From the IMG/VR virus record IMGVR_UViG_3300046820_001014, positions 24,420 through 88,419 of that record: a stretch of DNA of 64,000 nucleotides. The stretch is one strand, 5' to 3'. Shown piece by piece: positions 1-10,089 of the stretch (its first letter is position 1; every line of letters starts with the position of its first letter). The notes beneath the pieces are model-generated. The model was not told the origin of the DNA. It saw only the letters and a program-made list of their open reading frames with translations, and did not search any database. Source of the stretch: a virus. A program made the translations under genes and the position numbers.

Positions 1-3000
1 CTTACTATTAGAGCTTACTCTAGATTTAATCAAAGTTCTATGGATATTAATAATCTTGATTTGATTAAGGGAGGACTTGTTAAAATGTATGAGGAAAATA
101 AAGATGCTATTCTTAAATATCCTTTTGGACAAATGCTTAAGCCTCTTGAACCTACAAGACAATATCCATTTGGAAGACTTGGTGTAGATTCTTTTAAGAA
201 ACTAGATCCAAGAAAGAAAGATGATATTATGGATAGTTTTGCAGGTATGCTTATTGATCCAGAAACTAAAGAGTTTGCAATTGGATTACTATCCTTTATA
301 GCTTCTCATGATAACTTTAGATTCTTAGGACAATCTGCAGTATCATTTATGAGACCAAGTATCTTTAATGCTCTTAATGAGATTGTTAAAGGAACAGATT
401 CTTTAGATGGTGTAGAAGAGTTCTTTGTACAAACAGATAAAGGTAAAGTTATAGATACACAGAAAGTAGCATCTAGTTTAACTGATGATGGAAACTTTGA
501 TAAACTGTTTAAAGATTATCTCTCATTCTGGTTCTCTGATAATAGAAATGCTAAGAAACTTGATAAACTTACAAGTAAATTACTTAAGAGTAAAGGTGGA
601 GAACTTTATATAGAAACTAAAGATATTAAGAATATTCCTTTAGTAACATTCTTTAGTACTGAAGATGGTAGAGTTCCTGTAATATTAGAAGGTAAGGCAG
701 GAGGTAAAGCTTACTATAAAGTTATTAGAAGACCTAAGAATGGAACTAGTTTAAAACTTTATCAACTTACTAATACTGATAGTGCAAACTTTATTGATAG
801 TGCTGCTAAAGCAACAACTCCTAGTCCTGAGGTTACTGCAAAAATCATTAGTATGATTAATAGCATAACTACTCTTCCAAGATTAGAAGGATATATAGAA
901 ACTCAGAAAACTCAGTTTGATGCTCTTAATGATGAGATTATAAATGCTCTTAATGCTAAAAGAGCTGCATTAGGAAATGTAACTACTACTCCAACATCTA
1001 CTCAACCAAATAATACAAATAAACCTGAATTTGATAAACTTCCAAGTAAGTCTGCAACACCTACTATGACTTATGCAGGTATAGGATCTAGACAATCTCC
1101 ACAAGATGTTCTTAATTTAATGACTGAAGCTGCTAAATATCTTGAAACTAAAGGTTACACACTTAATACAGGAGTAACTTTTAATGGAAAAGAAGAAGGA
1201 GCTGATGGAGCATTCTCTAAAGGAACTTCTAAAAAGAATTTATTTTCTCCAGAAAATCAAGGTTCTAGAACAAAAGAACAAACTATTGCTAAAGAAGTTC
1301 ATCCTAATCCAAATGCTTTATCAGCTGCTGCATTAAAACTTATGGCTAGAAATACTAATCAAGTATTTGGTGAGAATTTAGATACTCCTGTAGATTTTGT
1401 TTTATTCTATGCTAAAGAAAGTGGAGGTATCAGACCTGAAGGTGGTACTGGACAAGCTGTAGAAATGGCTAGAAGAAAAGGTATTCCTACTATTAATATG
1501 GCTGATGATAATTGGAGAGATCAATTAAAAACAGTTATTAGTAAAAAAACTACTAAACCATCTGAAGTTAAACCAGTAGTAACACAAACTAATATACCTC
1601 CTGTACCAACAGGAAAAGCGTCTTTTAGTTATAAAAATAAAGAAATTGCTACTGAGTTTCCTTTATCTCAAGATCAAAATACAGCTCTTGGTAAACTTGT
1701 AGATTTTGTAAATGCTCCTAGTAAAGATGTTATAACTCTTGAAGGTGCAGCTGGTACAGGTAAAACTACAATCATTGGATATTTGCAAAAGTATTTTAAA
1801 GACTCTTCAAGTTTTGTTTATATGGCTCCTACACATGCAGCCACTGCAGAACTTGCTTTTGCTACTGTTAAAACAGGTAATAACTCTCTTCCTGCAACAA
1901 TACAAAGTTCTATTACTACTGATAAAATAACTAAACAACCAACTTTTACTGTAAAAATTAGAAGACGATTGGGAATAAATCCAGTTATTGTTGTTGATGA
2001 AAGTTCAATGCTTGGAGAAAAAGAAATCAAAGATCTTTTGATTGCTTCTAAAAATAATGGAGTTAAAGTTATTTTTATGGGAGATGAGAAACAGATTCCT
2101 AAAGTAATGCCTTCGGCAAAAGATGTTAAAGCTCTTTCACCGGCATTTACTGATTTTGATAAAGTTAGTTTACAATATGTTCATAGAACTAGCAATCAAA
2201 ATATTTTATCTCTTCTTTCTGAAATGAGGAATAGTAAAACTTTTAATGTTCCTAGACCTGCAGAAAATACTAACTCTTTGCAATTCTTAGATAACTTTAT
2301 TGAGTTTAAACAAAAGTTTATTGATGATTTAATGGTAGATCCTGAGAATACAGTAATGATTACTTATACCAATAGAGCAGTTAAAGATTATAATACTGAT
2401 GCAAGAAAAGCTTTTGGTAGAGAAGGTGACCCAGTTGTTGGAGATGTTATTACTGGATACTTAGGGTATGCTAGTAAACAGATTGAGAAAAAAGATATTG
2501 CTAATAGTATTCAATATACTATTACAGGAATCTTAAATAATGGTTCAGCAAAAGTTATTCAAGCAGAATCTTCAAGGTTGAAAAAACTTGCAGAAAGTGG
2601 TATTGAAGTTCCTCATGAGGCAACTACAATTTATTATCAACTATCAAGAAATGATAGTTTTGCTTTTGATGATTTAACTCTTGATGATTATCAAAATAAT
2701 AATAAATATGTTTCTGGTATTTTTAGAGATTTACATAATATAACTCAAGCATTCTTAAATAAACAAGCTAGATATGAAGATTTACTAGCAGCTCAAGCTA
2801 GTGTTTCTGAGCAAATGAGAAAAATTTCTCTTGGTCAAAATTACATCTACAATCCTAAAACTGATAGAATGGAAATATTTGATCAGATGACTCATGAAAG
2901 TATTGATTCTAAATTAAAAGTTGAGAAGGATATAGATTATGGGCATGCTATAACTATACATAAATCTCAAGGTACAACTATTGGTAATGTATACTTTGAT

Positions 3001-3504
3001 TTAGCTTCTGTTAAAAGAATTAGTGATCTTAAAATTGTAGATAAAGCAGGTAACATTGTTACTACTGAAAAACAAGCTCTTGCTTATGTAGGTTTATCTA
3101 GAAGTAAGAATAAACTTATAGTATTTGATGGTGCTGGACAAGTAGGAATTAATTTTTTTAATGAAGATGAAGATGGTAATGTTCCTTCTAAAGAATCTTA
3201 TACACCTACTAAAGAAGAACTTACAAACCTAAAACCAGCATTTAATCCTTGGGGAAATATTCCACCAACAGGTAATGGAGGACCTATTATGGCAAAACTA
3301 AATAGAAGTCTATTTGGATTACCAGAACCTCAAGATGCTGGTCCTAAGCAAGTTAATGTTGATGCTGTTAATATTGTTATTGATAAAATAAAATCTAACT
3401 TTGCATTGTATAAAGATGTTCTAGGTGTTGAAAACGTAGAACAGTTAGATAACATGAATAGCTCTCAAGTAGCTACCTTAATTAAAAACTTTTGTAAGAT
3501 ATGA
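1..3504 (+). CDS. C-terminal part of a giant virion/ejection-type protein (5'-truncated) with embedded SLOG/DprA-like and Dda/RecD-like SF1B helicase domains
   Basis: Frame is open from base 1 to the ATG at 40. SLOG-like motifs YAGIGSR, EGADGAF and GGTGQAVEMARRKGIPTINM (~1070-1530). SF1 helicase motifs GAAGTGKT, VVDESSM, MGDEKQI, AITIHKSQG and AYVGLSR (~1740-3105). Lies among giant late genes. Confidence 0.75.
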   Translation, partial: LTIRAYSRFNQSSMDINNLDLIKGGLVKMYEENKDAILKYPFGQMLKPLEPTRQYPFGRLGVDSFKKLDPRKKDDIMDSFAGMLIDPETKEFAIGLLSFIASHDNFRFLGQSAVSFMRPSIFNALNEIVKGTDSLDGVEEFFVQTDKGKVIDTQKVASSLTDDGNFDKLFKDYLSFWFSDNRNAKKLDKLTSKLLKSKGGELYIETKDIKNIPLVTFFSTEDGRVPVILEGKAGGKAYYKVIRRPKNGTSLKLYQLTNTDSANFIDSAAKATTPSPEVTAKIISMINSITTLPRLEGYIETQKTQFDALNDEIINALNAKRAALGNVTTTPTSTQPNNTNKPEFDKLPSKSATPTMTYAGIGSRQSPQDVLNLMTEAAKYLETKGYTLNTGVTFNGKEEGADGAFSKGTSKKNLFSPENQGSRTKEQTIAKEVHPNPNALSAAALKLMARNTNQVFGENLDTPVDFVLFYAKESGGIRPEGGTGQAVEMARRKGIPTINMADDNWRDQLKTVISKKTTKPSEVKPVVTQTNIPPVPTGKASFSYKNKEIATEFPLSQDQNTALGKLVDFVNAPSKDVITLEGAAGTGKTTIIGYLQKYFKDSSSFVYMAPTHAATAELAFATVKTGNNSLPATIQSSITTDKITKQPTFTVKIRRRLGINPVIVVDESSMLGEKEIKDLLIASKNNGVKVIFMGDEKQIPKVMPSAKDVKALSPAFTDFDKVSLQYVHRTSNQNILSLLSEMRNSKTFNVPRPAENTNSLQFLDNFIEFKQKFIDDLMVDPENTVMITYTNRAVKDYNTDARKAFGREGDPVVGDVITGYLGYASKQIEKKDIANSIQYTITGILNNGSAKVIQAESSRLKKLAESGIEVPHEATTIYYQLSRNDSFAFDDLTLDDYQNNNKYVSGIFRDLHNITQAFLNKQARYEDLLAAQASVSEQMRKISLGQNYIYNPKTDRMEIFDQMTHESIDSKLKVEKDIDYGHAITIHKSQGTTIGNVYFDLASVKRISDLKIVDKAGNIVTTEKQALAYVGLSRSKNKLIVFDGAGQVGINFFNEDEDGNVPSKESYTPTKEELTNLKPAFNPWGNIPPTGNGGPIMAKLNRSLFGLPEPQDAGPKQVNVDAVNIVIDKIKSNFALYKDVLGVENVEQLDNMNSSQVATLIKNFCKI

Positions 3505-3992
3505 AATTAAATAAAAAAATTATAGATCTTCTAAATTATAGAATTCAACAAGAAGAAGCATCAGCTAGAGTTTATGAACAATTTGCTTTATGGTTAGATG
3601 ATAAAGGTTTTAAAAACTTTGCAGCATTGTATTACAAGTATGCTCATGAAGAGTTGACTCATGCTAAATTTGCTAAAGATCATCTTCTTGCATTTGGTGT
3701 GCAACCGGAGTTAACAAAACTTCCTGCTCCTGATTATGAGTTTAATTCTTTAAAAGATATTCTAGAACTTACCTTAGAACATGAGCAAGAAATTACTAGG
3801 CAATGTAATGAGTTAACTAAGACTGCTGCTGCTTTAGATGATTTTCCAACTATGACTTTAGGTATGAAGTATTGTGCTGAGCAAGTAGAAGAACTTGATA
3901 AAGCTCAAACTTTTGTAGATCAAATGGAAACCTTTGGTGATTCTAAAGAAGTTATGATTACTCTTGAGCACAATGTTAAAGACATGCTATGA
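3501..3992 (+). CDS. Non-heme ferritin
   Basis: 163 aa four-helix-bundle pattern with ferroxidase-type residues (QEE..., HEELTH, EHEQEI, EQVEEL). Confidence 0.9.
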   Translation: MKLNKKIIDLLNYRIQQEEASARVYEQFALWLDDKGFKNFAALYYKYAHEELTHAKFAKDHLLAFGVQPELTKLPAPDYEFNSLKDILELTLEHEQEITRQCNELTKTAAALDDFPTMTLGMKYCAEQVEELDKAQTFVDQMETFGDSKEVMITLEHNVKDML

Positions 3993-6900
3993 TTAGTTGT
4001 CCAAATAAAAACTCTAAAGCTTGGAAATCTCTTGTAACTGCAAGAGGTGAGGAGATGTCTTATGTATTATGGAATGCTTATGATGGAGATGTTCCTGAAA
4101 GTGAGTATTTTGTTGAGGAAGAACCTTCTGTACCTAAGTTTAAATTAGAGAATAAACCTGTATATACCTTAGAAGAAAATCCTGAAAGGAAACAAAGATT
4201 TCTTGAACAACTTAAAGTAGGTAATGCTATCTCATTTGAGTATTGGAGTAATATTTCTAAAGAAAGAGCTAAAAGAAGAAGTATTACAGTAATGGATTAT
4301 GATCTGGATGCTGGATTTATTGTAGGATATGAGGATGGTGTTGAGAAGAAATTTTTAATTAATAATATAATTGATAGAACTAATCCTCTATCTAATAGAT
4401 TAAATAATGAAGAAGTTGTAGAGTTTACATCATCATTAGAAGTAGGTAAAGCAGTAAGTTTCTTTGATGACTTGAGTGGTAATGTTGCAGAAAGAATACT
4501 TCTTGTAGAATCTTTTGATGAAGATGGAGTTACAGGTATTGATGTAACTTCTGAAGAAAAAGTTACTATTCCTTATACTAGTATTGTACAAAGAGATACT
4601 ATTGAGAATGAGCAGAAAGTTTCTGATTATGTAAGAAAGATTAGAGGTGTAATCTCTACTCAGTTACAATATCTTAAACCTAGAATTAAAGATGCTGCTG
4701 ATCAAGATTTATATAACAGTATTCTTGAATCACAAGATGCACTTAATGATTATAAAGGTGTAGAACAATTAGAAAGCTTAATTACTTTTCTTAAGGAGAT
4801 TGATAATAACATTAAGAAGATTAAAGTCCTTATTGATAATATTGAGAATAAAGGTGGAGACATTCCATCTCAACTTAGAAGAATTGGATTACTAAAAGAT
4901 TTTATTGATGGGCATAAAGACATTGAGAAGATTCTAAATCCTCTTAAAGAGTCTAATCCTAATAGTCAAATGAATGAGGTGGTAAATAATATTATTGCTA
5001 ACATTCACTCAGCTGAAGTATATTACTTTAATACAGCTAGACCAAAGTTGGCTAAGTGGTTATATGATCATATGAGCCCTGAGTTAAATGATAACCTTAA
5101 GAAATATGGAATGGAGGTTATTACTATCTCTTCTCTTGAGAAGTTCTTAGCTAATCCTAATAATGACTTGACATGGATGGATACATTTCTTGTAGCATCT
5201 TCTAATGTTAATGATAGTGTAACTAGTTTATTCTCACTTGCTCTTAAGAGATTATATAATATGGCAAGAAAGATGAATATTGCTTATAAGACATATCTTA
5301 TGCCACTCTTTGATAGTTTTTCTAAACAAGGATATAAAGGTATGGTAGACTCTTATAGAAAAATGTTTTTCTATGAAGTTATACAAACTTCTAATGGTCC
5401 TATTGCTAAGAGAAGATGGGTTACTGAGTTTAATGATTATATCTATTATGGTAAACTAAATGAGTTTAAAAGAAAACTTACAGAATTAAATACAGCTTCA
5501 TTATCTGCAGAAAATCCTAGACAAGCTGAAGCACTTAAAAGACAAGCTGATTCTTTAAAGTTAGAAAGAGATGCTTATATTAAGAGATGTAACATTAAAC
5601 TTAACTTTAATCAAGCTAAAGAAATGATGGAAACTCTTCAAACTGAGGATCCTAATAAATTTAGAGATTTACTTAATAATAGATTTAACTTTAAATTAGC
5701 TGCAGTTACTGAGAAGAGTGTTAATGAGGATGGGTTTAAAGCTCCTGCTAACTCTCTTCTTGTAGATGGTAGATACTATGTATATACCGGTGGTATGCAA
5801 ATTCTAAATAAAGAACTATTTAGAAATACTCAATATGAGGCACTTAAGAATGATGCTACAGCATTCCCTATGTATGAGTATCTTAAGAAAGTATATGATG
5901 AGTGTGAGAAAAAACTTCCTATAAAACAAAGACTTGGAGGATATGTACCTGCACAAGGTAAGACTAGTACTAAAGAAGATATTAAAGAATTTATGTCTCT
6001 TGAGGAAAGTGCTAAGTACAGTAGTAATCTAGTAAAATTAGATGGAGATGTTTATAAAGAAATACCTTTATACTTTGAGAAACCTAGTGTTAAAGTACTT
6101 ACAGATAATGTAGATATTAATATGCTTGATGGTAATACAGACTTAATTGATGATAGTAATATTGATAATAATATGATTAAGGCAGTCCTTAATTATGCTG
6201 CACAAGCTAATATGTATAAATCATTAGATACTAGTATAGGTAGTATTACAGCATTTCTTGATACTGTTAAAACAAATGCTCCTAAGAATCCTGATGGTAG
6301 TAACATTGGTACTAATAGAAGATATGATAAATGTGTAAATCTTGCTAACCAACTTGTGTATGGTGAGAAAAAAGAAGCTCCTACGTTCTGGACAAGACTT
6401 GTAGATATTCTTGGAAAGATTACACAGTTTGTAAACTTAGGTTTTAGTCCTGCTGTTTATATCAATAACTTTATCATGGGTAATGTAGCTAATTTGTCTG
6501 AGGCTCAAGGTGGTAGAAACTTTAATAAGAAAGAATTAGCTCTTGCTAATAAGGAATTTTTTAAATTGATTCCAAACTTTATTAAAGATAAAGAGAACTC
6601 TAAGCTTTATAAGATAATTACTAGGTATGATGCTATTCAAGGAGAGTTTAATACAGAATTGGGTAAAGGATTTGGTAGTACTTGGAGTAACTTAAAAGAA
6701 GAAAGTTTCTATGCATTTACAGGTAGTAATTTGGGAGAACTTGAGATACAAGGAACTTCAATGATTGCCCTTATGATGGCTAGAGGTTTATGGAATAAGT
6801 TTGATGAGAATGGAAATCCTACTGAAGAAATAGGGGCTAGAGAAGAAGAAACTTTTATGAATGTTCTTCATGAGTTAAATAAAAGTAATCATGGTGTATA

Positions 6901-7618
6901 CAATGATTTTGATAGATTATATCTACAACCTAATGCAATCTTTAGATTGATGTTACAATATAGAAAATATGTTGTACCTACTTATAGAGCTAAATGGTAT
7001 GGACTATTTGGAGCTAGAGATCAAGCTAAAAGAATTGATATGGAGGCAGGTACAGTAGAACAAGGTTATTATGCTTCTTTTAGATTCTTCTTAGAAGATA
7101 ACTGGAGAAATGCACTTAAACTTCCAACACTTGTTGAGAATTATAATAATCTTTCTGATGTTGAAAGAGAAGGTGTTAGAAGAAGTTTACTAGATGTAAT
7201 ATACATATTTGCTGGAATGGTTCTCTTAAATGCTCTTCTACCAGATGAGGATGATGAAGATGCAGGATTTATTGCACAATGGGCAGCACTCTCTGTTAGA
7301 AAATCAGTCAGTGAGGTTTCAGCGTATATACCTTTATTTGGTACACAAGATCAATTAAGAACTGTAAGTACTCCATTTGTTGCTGCAAAAACAGTTAATA
7401 ACTTCTTAAAAGTTATATCTCAAACTTGCGGTTATGATTTTGAAGATGGAGAATGGAAGATGTTTGAACAGTATGATAGAAAGTATGGTATGTATGAGAA
7501 GGGTGATTATAAACTTGAAGCAGCTGTTAATAAAGTAGTTCCTATACATAATGTTGTTGAAGCTTATTACCCAGGAATACTTTTAGATAATTTTGAAAAA
7601 GCTAATAGAAGAGGTTAA
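3989..7618 (+). CDS. Large (1209 aa) probable virion/ejection protein
   Basis: N-terminal SCPNKNSKAWKSL motif resembles the starts of giant crAss-like virion proteins. Mostly helical, with hydrophobic segments near the C-terminus. Confidence 0.6.
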   Translation: MISCPNKNSKAWKSLVTARGEEMSYVLWNAYDGDVPESEYFVEEEPSVPKFKLENKPVYTLEENPERKQRFLEQLKVGNAISFEYWSNISKERAKRRSITVMDYDLDAGFIVGYEDGVEKKFLINNIIDRTNPLSNRLNNEEVVEFTSSLEVGKAVSFFDDLSGNVAERILLVESFDEDGVTGIDVTSEEKVTIPYTSIVQRDTIENEQKVSDYVRKIRGVISTQLQYLKPRIKDAADQDLYNSILESQDALNDYKGVEQLESLITFLKEIDNNIKKIKVLIDNIENKGGDIPSQLRRIGLLKDFIDGHKDIEKILNPLKESNPNSQMNEVVNNIIANIHSAEVYYFNTARPKLAKWLYDHMSPELNDNLKKYGMEVITISSLEKFLANPNNDLTWMDTFLVASSNVNDSVTSLFSLALKRLYNMARKMNIAYKTYLMPLFDSFSKQGYKGMVDSYRKMFFYEVIQTSNGPIAKRRWVTEFNDYIYYGKLNEFKRKLTELNTASLSAENPRQAEALKRQADSLKLERDAYIKRCNIKLNFNQAKEMMETLQTEDPNKFRDLLNNRFNFKLAAVTEKSVNEDGFKAPANSLLVDGRYYVYTGGMQILNKELFRNTQYEALKNDATAFPMYEYLKKVYDECEKKLPIKQRLGGYVPAQGKTSTKEDIKEFMSLEESAKYSSNLVKLDGDVYKEIPLYFEKPSVKVLTDNVDINMLDGNTDLIDDSNIDNNMIKAVLNYAAQANMYKSLDTSIGSITAFLDTVKTNAPKNPDGSNIGTNRRYDKCVNLANQLVYGEKKEAPTFWTRLVDILGKITQFVNLGFSPAVYINNFIMGNVANLSEAQGGRNFNKKELALANKEFFKLIPNFIKDKENSKLYKIITRYDAIQGEFNTELGKGFGSTWSNLKEESFYAFTGSNLGELEIQGTSMIALMMARGLWNKFDENGNPTEEIGAREEETFMNVLHELNKSNHGVYNDFDRLYLQPNAIFRLMLQYRKYVVPTYRAKWYGLFGARDQAKRIDMEAGTVEQGYYASFRFFLEDNWRNALKLPTLVENYNNLSDVEREGVRRSLLDVIYIFAGMVLLNALLPDEDDEDAGFIAQWAALSVRKSVSEVSAYIPLFGTQDQLRTVSTPFVAAKTVNNFLKVISQTCGYDFEDGEWKMFEQYDRKYGMYEKGDYKLEAAVNKVVPIHNVVEAYYPGILLDNFEKANRRG

Positions 7619-8081
7619 TATTATGAATGGTATAAAAGTAGTAGAGATTGCAGAACAAGAAGTAGGATATCAAGAATCTCCTAAAGGTTCTAATAAAACT
7701 AAATATGGTGAATGGTTTGGTATGGATGGTGTAGCTTGGTGTGGAATATTTGTAAGTTGGTGTTATGATAAAGCAGGTTTCCCCTTAGGTAATATTGGAT
7801 TTACTAAAGGGTTTGCTGGTACACAATATGCATTAGCTCACTTTAGAGAAACTAGAAGAACTACTTTTGTTCCTGCTATTGGAGATTTAGTATTCTTTGA
7901 TTGGAATCTAGATGGTAGAGTAGATCATGTAGGTATATTTGTCAAGTGGTTAGATAATGATTACTTTGAGAGTATAGAAGGTAATACCGGTACTACCTCA
8001 CAATCTAATGGAGGAGAGGTAATGACTAAGAAAAGACATAAGAAGTTTGCCAAGTTTGTACATCCTAAATCATTAGATTAA
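7593..8081 (+). CDS. CHAP-domain endolysin (true start probably the ATG at 7623)
   Basis: WCGIFVSW (catalytic Cys), DHVGI (His) and SIEGNT motifs. Confidence 0.85.
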   Translation: MKKLIEEVNIMNGIKVVEIAEQEVGYQESPKGSNKTKYGEWFGMDGVAWCGIFVSWCYDKAGFPLGNIGFTKGFAGTQYALAHFRETRRTTFVPAIGDLVFFDWNLDGRVDHVGIFVKWLDNDYFESIEGNTGTTSQSNGGEVMTKKRHKKFAKFVHPKSLD

Positions 8082-8647
8082 TGAGTCAGATAAAAAAAAT
8101 AACACGGGTAATCTTTTTTATCTATCTTACTTCTTGTAGGATGTTAAGAAGTGATGAGCAAAATGCTATACACGATGTTGATAGGTATCAAAGAAAACTT
8201 AATAGAATTTATGCTGAGTTTCCTAAATTTAAGAAAGATACTATTAAAGGTGAAGTAGTTATACAAGTACCTATTAGAGTAGTAGATACTGTAGTACAGT
8301 ATAAAGACTCTATTACTCAAAGAATTATCTATAAAAAGATTATAGAGAAATGTAAAGATTCTATTCTTGCTAAAGAGATTATTAAGAAACTGGACAGGTA
8401 CAAGTGTATTAAGGACAGCATTGTTGTTAGGGATAGCTTATTTAAAGCAGTTATTACTCAAGATAGTCTTGGTATCCACATCAACATAATTCCAAGGGAC
8501 ACAGTTCTGAAAGCCAAATATGCAGTTGCCTGTCCACCAGTTATTTGTAAAGATGATATGTTCTGGGAACACTCAGAGTTCTGGTTTGTAAGTGGATTAT
8601 TCTTAGTAATGGTTTTAGGAATACTAATACACTTAAAGCTTAGTTAA
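8081..8647 (+). CDS. Lipoprotein with C-terminal TM helix; candidate unimolecular spanin
   Basis: Lipobox LTSC at residue 19 and C-terminal TM FWFVSGLFLVMVLGILIHL. Located between endolysin and holin candidates. Confidence 0.6.
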   Translation: MSQIKKITRVIFFIYLTSCRMLRSDEQNAIHDVDRYQRKLNRIYAEFPKFKKDTIKGEVVIQVPIRVVDTVVQYKDSITQRIIYKKIIEKCKDSILAKEIIKKLDRYKCIKDSIVVRDSLFKAVITQDSLGIHINIIPRDTVLKAKYAVACPPVICKDDMFWEHSEFWFVSGLFLVMVLGILIHLKLS

Positions 8648-8660
8648 CGTATAAACAAAT

Positions 8661-8966
8661 ATGTTAGATCTAGATAAAGTATCTCTTAAACAAATGTTAA
8701 ATAATTCTCAAGGAAAGAGTTCCTTAGGATTACTTATGGCTTTGCTTTGGGGAATTACTGGAGGTCTAATGATGATTACAGCAGTTGTAAGTGCTTTCTT
8801 TGGTATGAATTTTTACTCAGAAGTATTTACTTATGGAGGATTACTAGTAGGTGCATCTGCATCCTTATTGGGAGTACGCAGATTAACTGCTGATAAACAG
8901 ATACTTACAATAGATAAACAAGAAGAAGAAAATGGCGATAACATCAACAGCAACACAATCAACTAA
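8661..8966 (+). CDS. Holin-like membrane protein
   Basis: Two hydrophobic helices and an acidic C-terminus, within the lysis cluster. Confidence 0.6.
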   Translation: MLDLDKVSLKQMLNNSQGKSSLGLLMALLWGITGGLMMITAVVSAFFGMNFYSEVFTYGGLLVGASASLLGVRRLTADKQILTIDKQEEENGDNINSNTIN

Positions 8967-10074
8967 TAGTTACACTGTAACTTTTAATGGTACTAGTGAT
9001 CTTTATACTACACAACCTATTAATATTGTTATTAAAAGAAATGGTATTGGTATTAAAGTATTTGATAATGTAACTCAAGGTTTAAATTATTCACATACAT
9101 TTGATGAAGCTTCAACAATAAATATAACTTATTCAGTTGAGTATACTGTATATTTTGATGAAACATTATTTGATGATGACTCATATAATTTTACAGTTAA
9201 TGAATATAAACCAGTATTTGAATTACCTACAGTAACTTGTGTTGAAAAAGGACAAGTAGCTACATTTAAACCAGCTACTTTATCTTTTGGAGATCAAGAT
9301 TACTGTAAAGCAAGTCCTAATTATGAAAGTATACATTATGAGTACTTTGAATTTAATCAAAATTCTGGAGTATGGGTATCTAAAAATACTTTTTCTGTTT
9401 CTAATACTGCATTACTAACACCAATAGATGTTGATGATGTTGATTTAGATGCATTAGCATATACTTGGACACCTAATGTACTAACTATGGTTAAGTTTAT
9501 AGTTACTGTAACTAATTGTAATACTTCAGTAATACATGAAACAATTTTTCCTGTTTGTGGAGCATGGAAATTAAGAAGATTATCTTGTGGTAATTATAGA
9601 CTTTATAACTATAAAAGCTCAACTATAACATATAATATATATGATGATATGTCTGTAGGAGCTGTTCCTTTTTTAAGTAATCAACAACTAGCATCTTTTA
9701 GTTATACAGATTTAAAGTTTAATGCTGAAGGTGTATATAAAATTTCAGCTGATGGAATTTCTCAATATTTATTTAATTTTTGTGAAATTGAAGCATGTGT
9801 TCTTTCTTTACAAAAGAAGATTCTTTTAGATGATAGTTTATGTGATGCTTGTAGAATGGATAAAGCTCTTTATCAAAAAGCTCTTCGTCTTATTCCTATT
9901 TATGAAACTTGGAAAAAATTACTAGATAAAGATTGGATATATGATATGCAATACTTAACTACAGATATTGATGATGAATTAGCTAGAATATATGATGCTC
10001 AAGAGTTATATACAGAAATTAAAAAACTGTGTGAAGATTGTGGAAACTCATCAACTAAAAAATGTAACTGTTAA
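8932..10074 (+). CDS. Putative structural/tail protein
   Basis: Beta-rich N-terminal part and Cys-rich C-terminus (CDAC...CEDC...KCNC), in the late module. Confidence 0.5.
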   Translation: MAITSTATQSTNSYTVTFNGTSDLYTTQPINIVIKRNGIGIKVFDNVTQGLNYSHTFDEASTINITYSVEYTVYFDETLFDDDSYNFTVNEYKPVFELPTVTCVEKGQVATFKPATLSFGDQDYCKASPNYESIHYEYFEFNQNSGVWVSKNTFSVSNTALLTPIDVDDVDLDALAYTWTPNVLTMVKFIVTVTNCNTSVIHETIFPVCGAWKLRRLSCGNYRLYNYKSSTITYNIYDDMSVGAVPFLSNQQLASFSYTDLKFNAEGVYKISADGISQYLFNFCEIEACVLSLQKKILLDDSLCDACRMDKALYQKALRLIPIYETWKKLLDKDWIYDMQYLTTDIDDELARIYDAQELYTEIKKLCEDCGNSSTKKCNC

Positions 10075-10089
10075 TCCGTATAAGTAATT

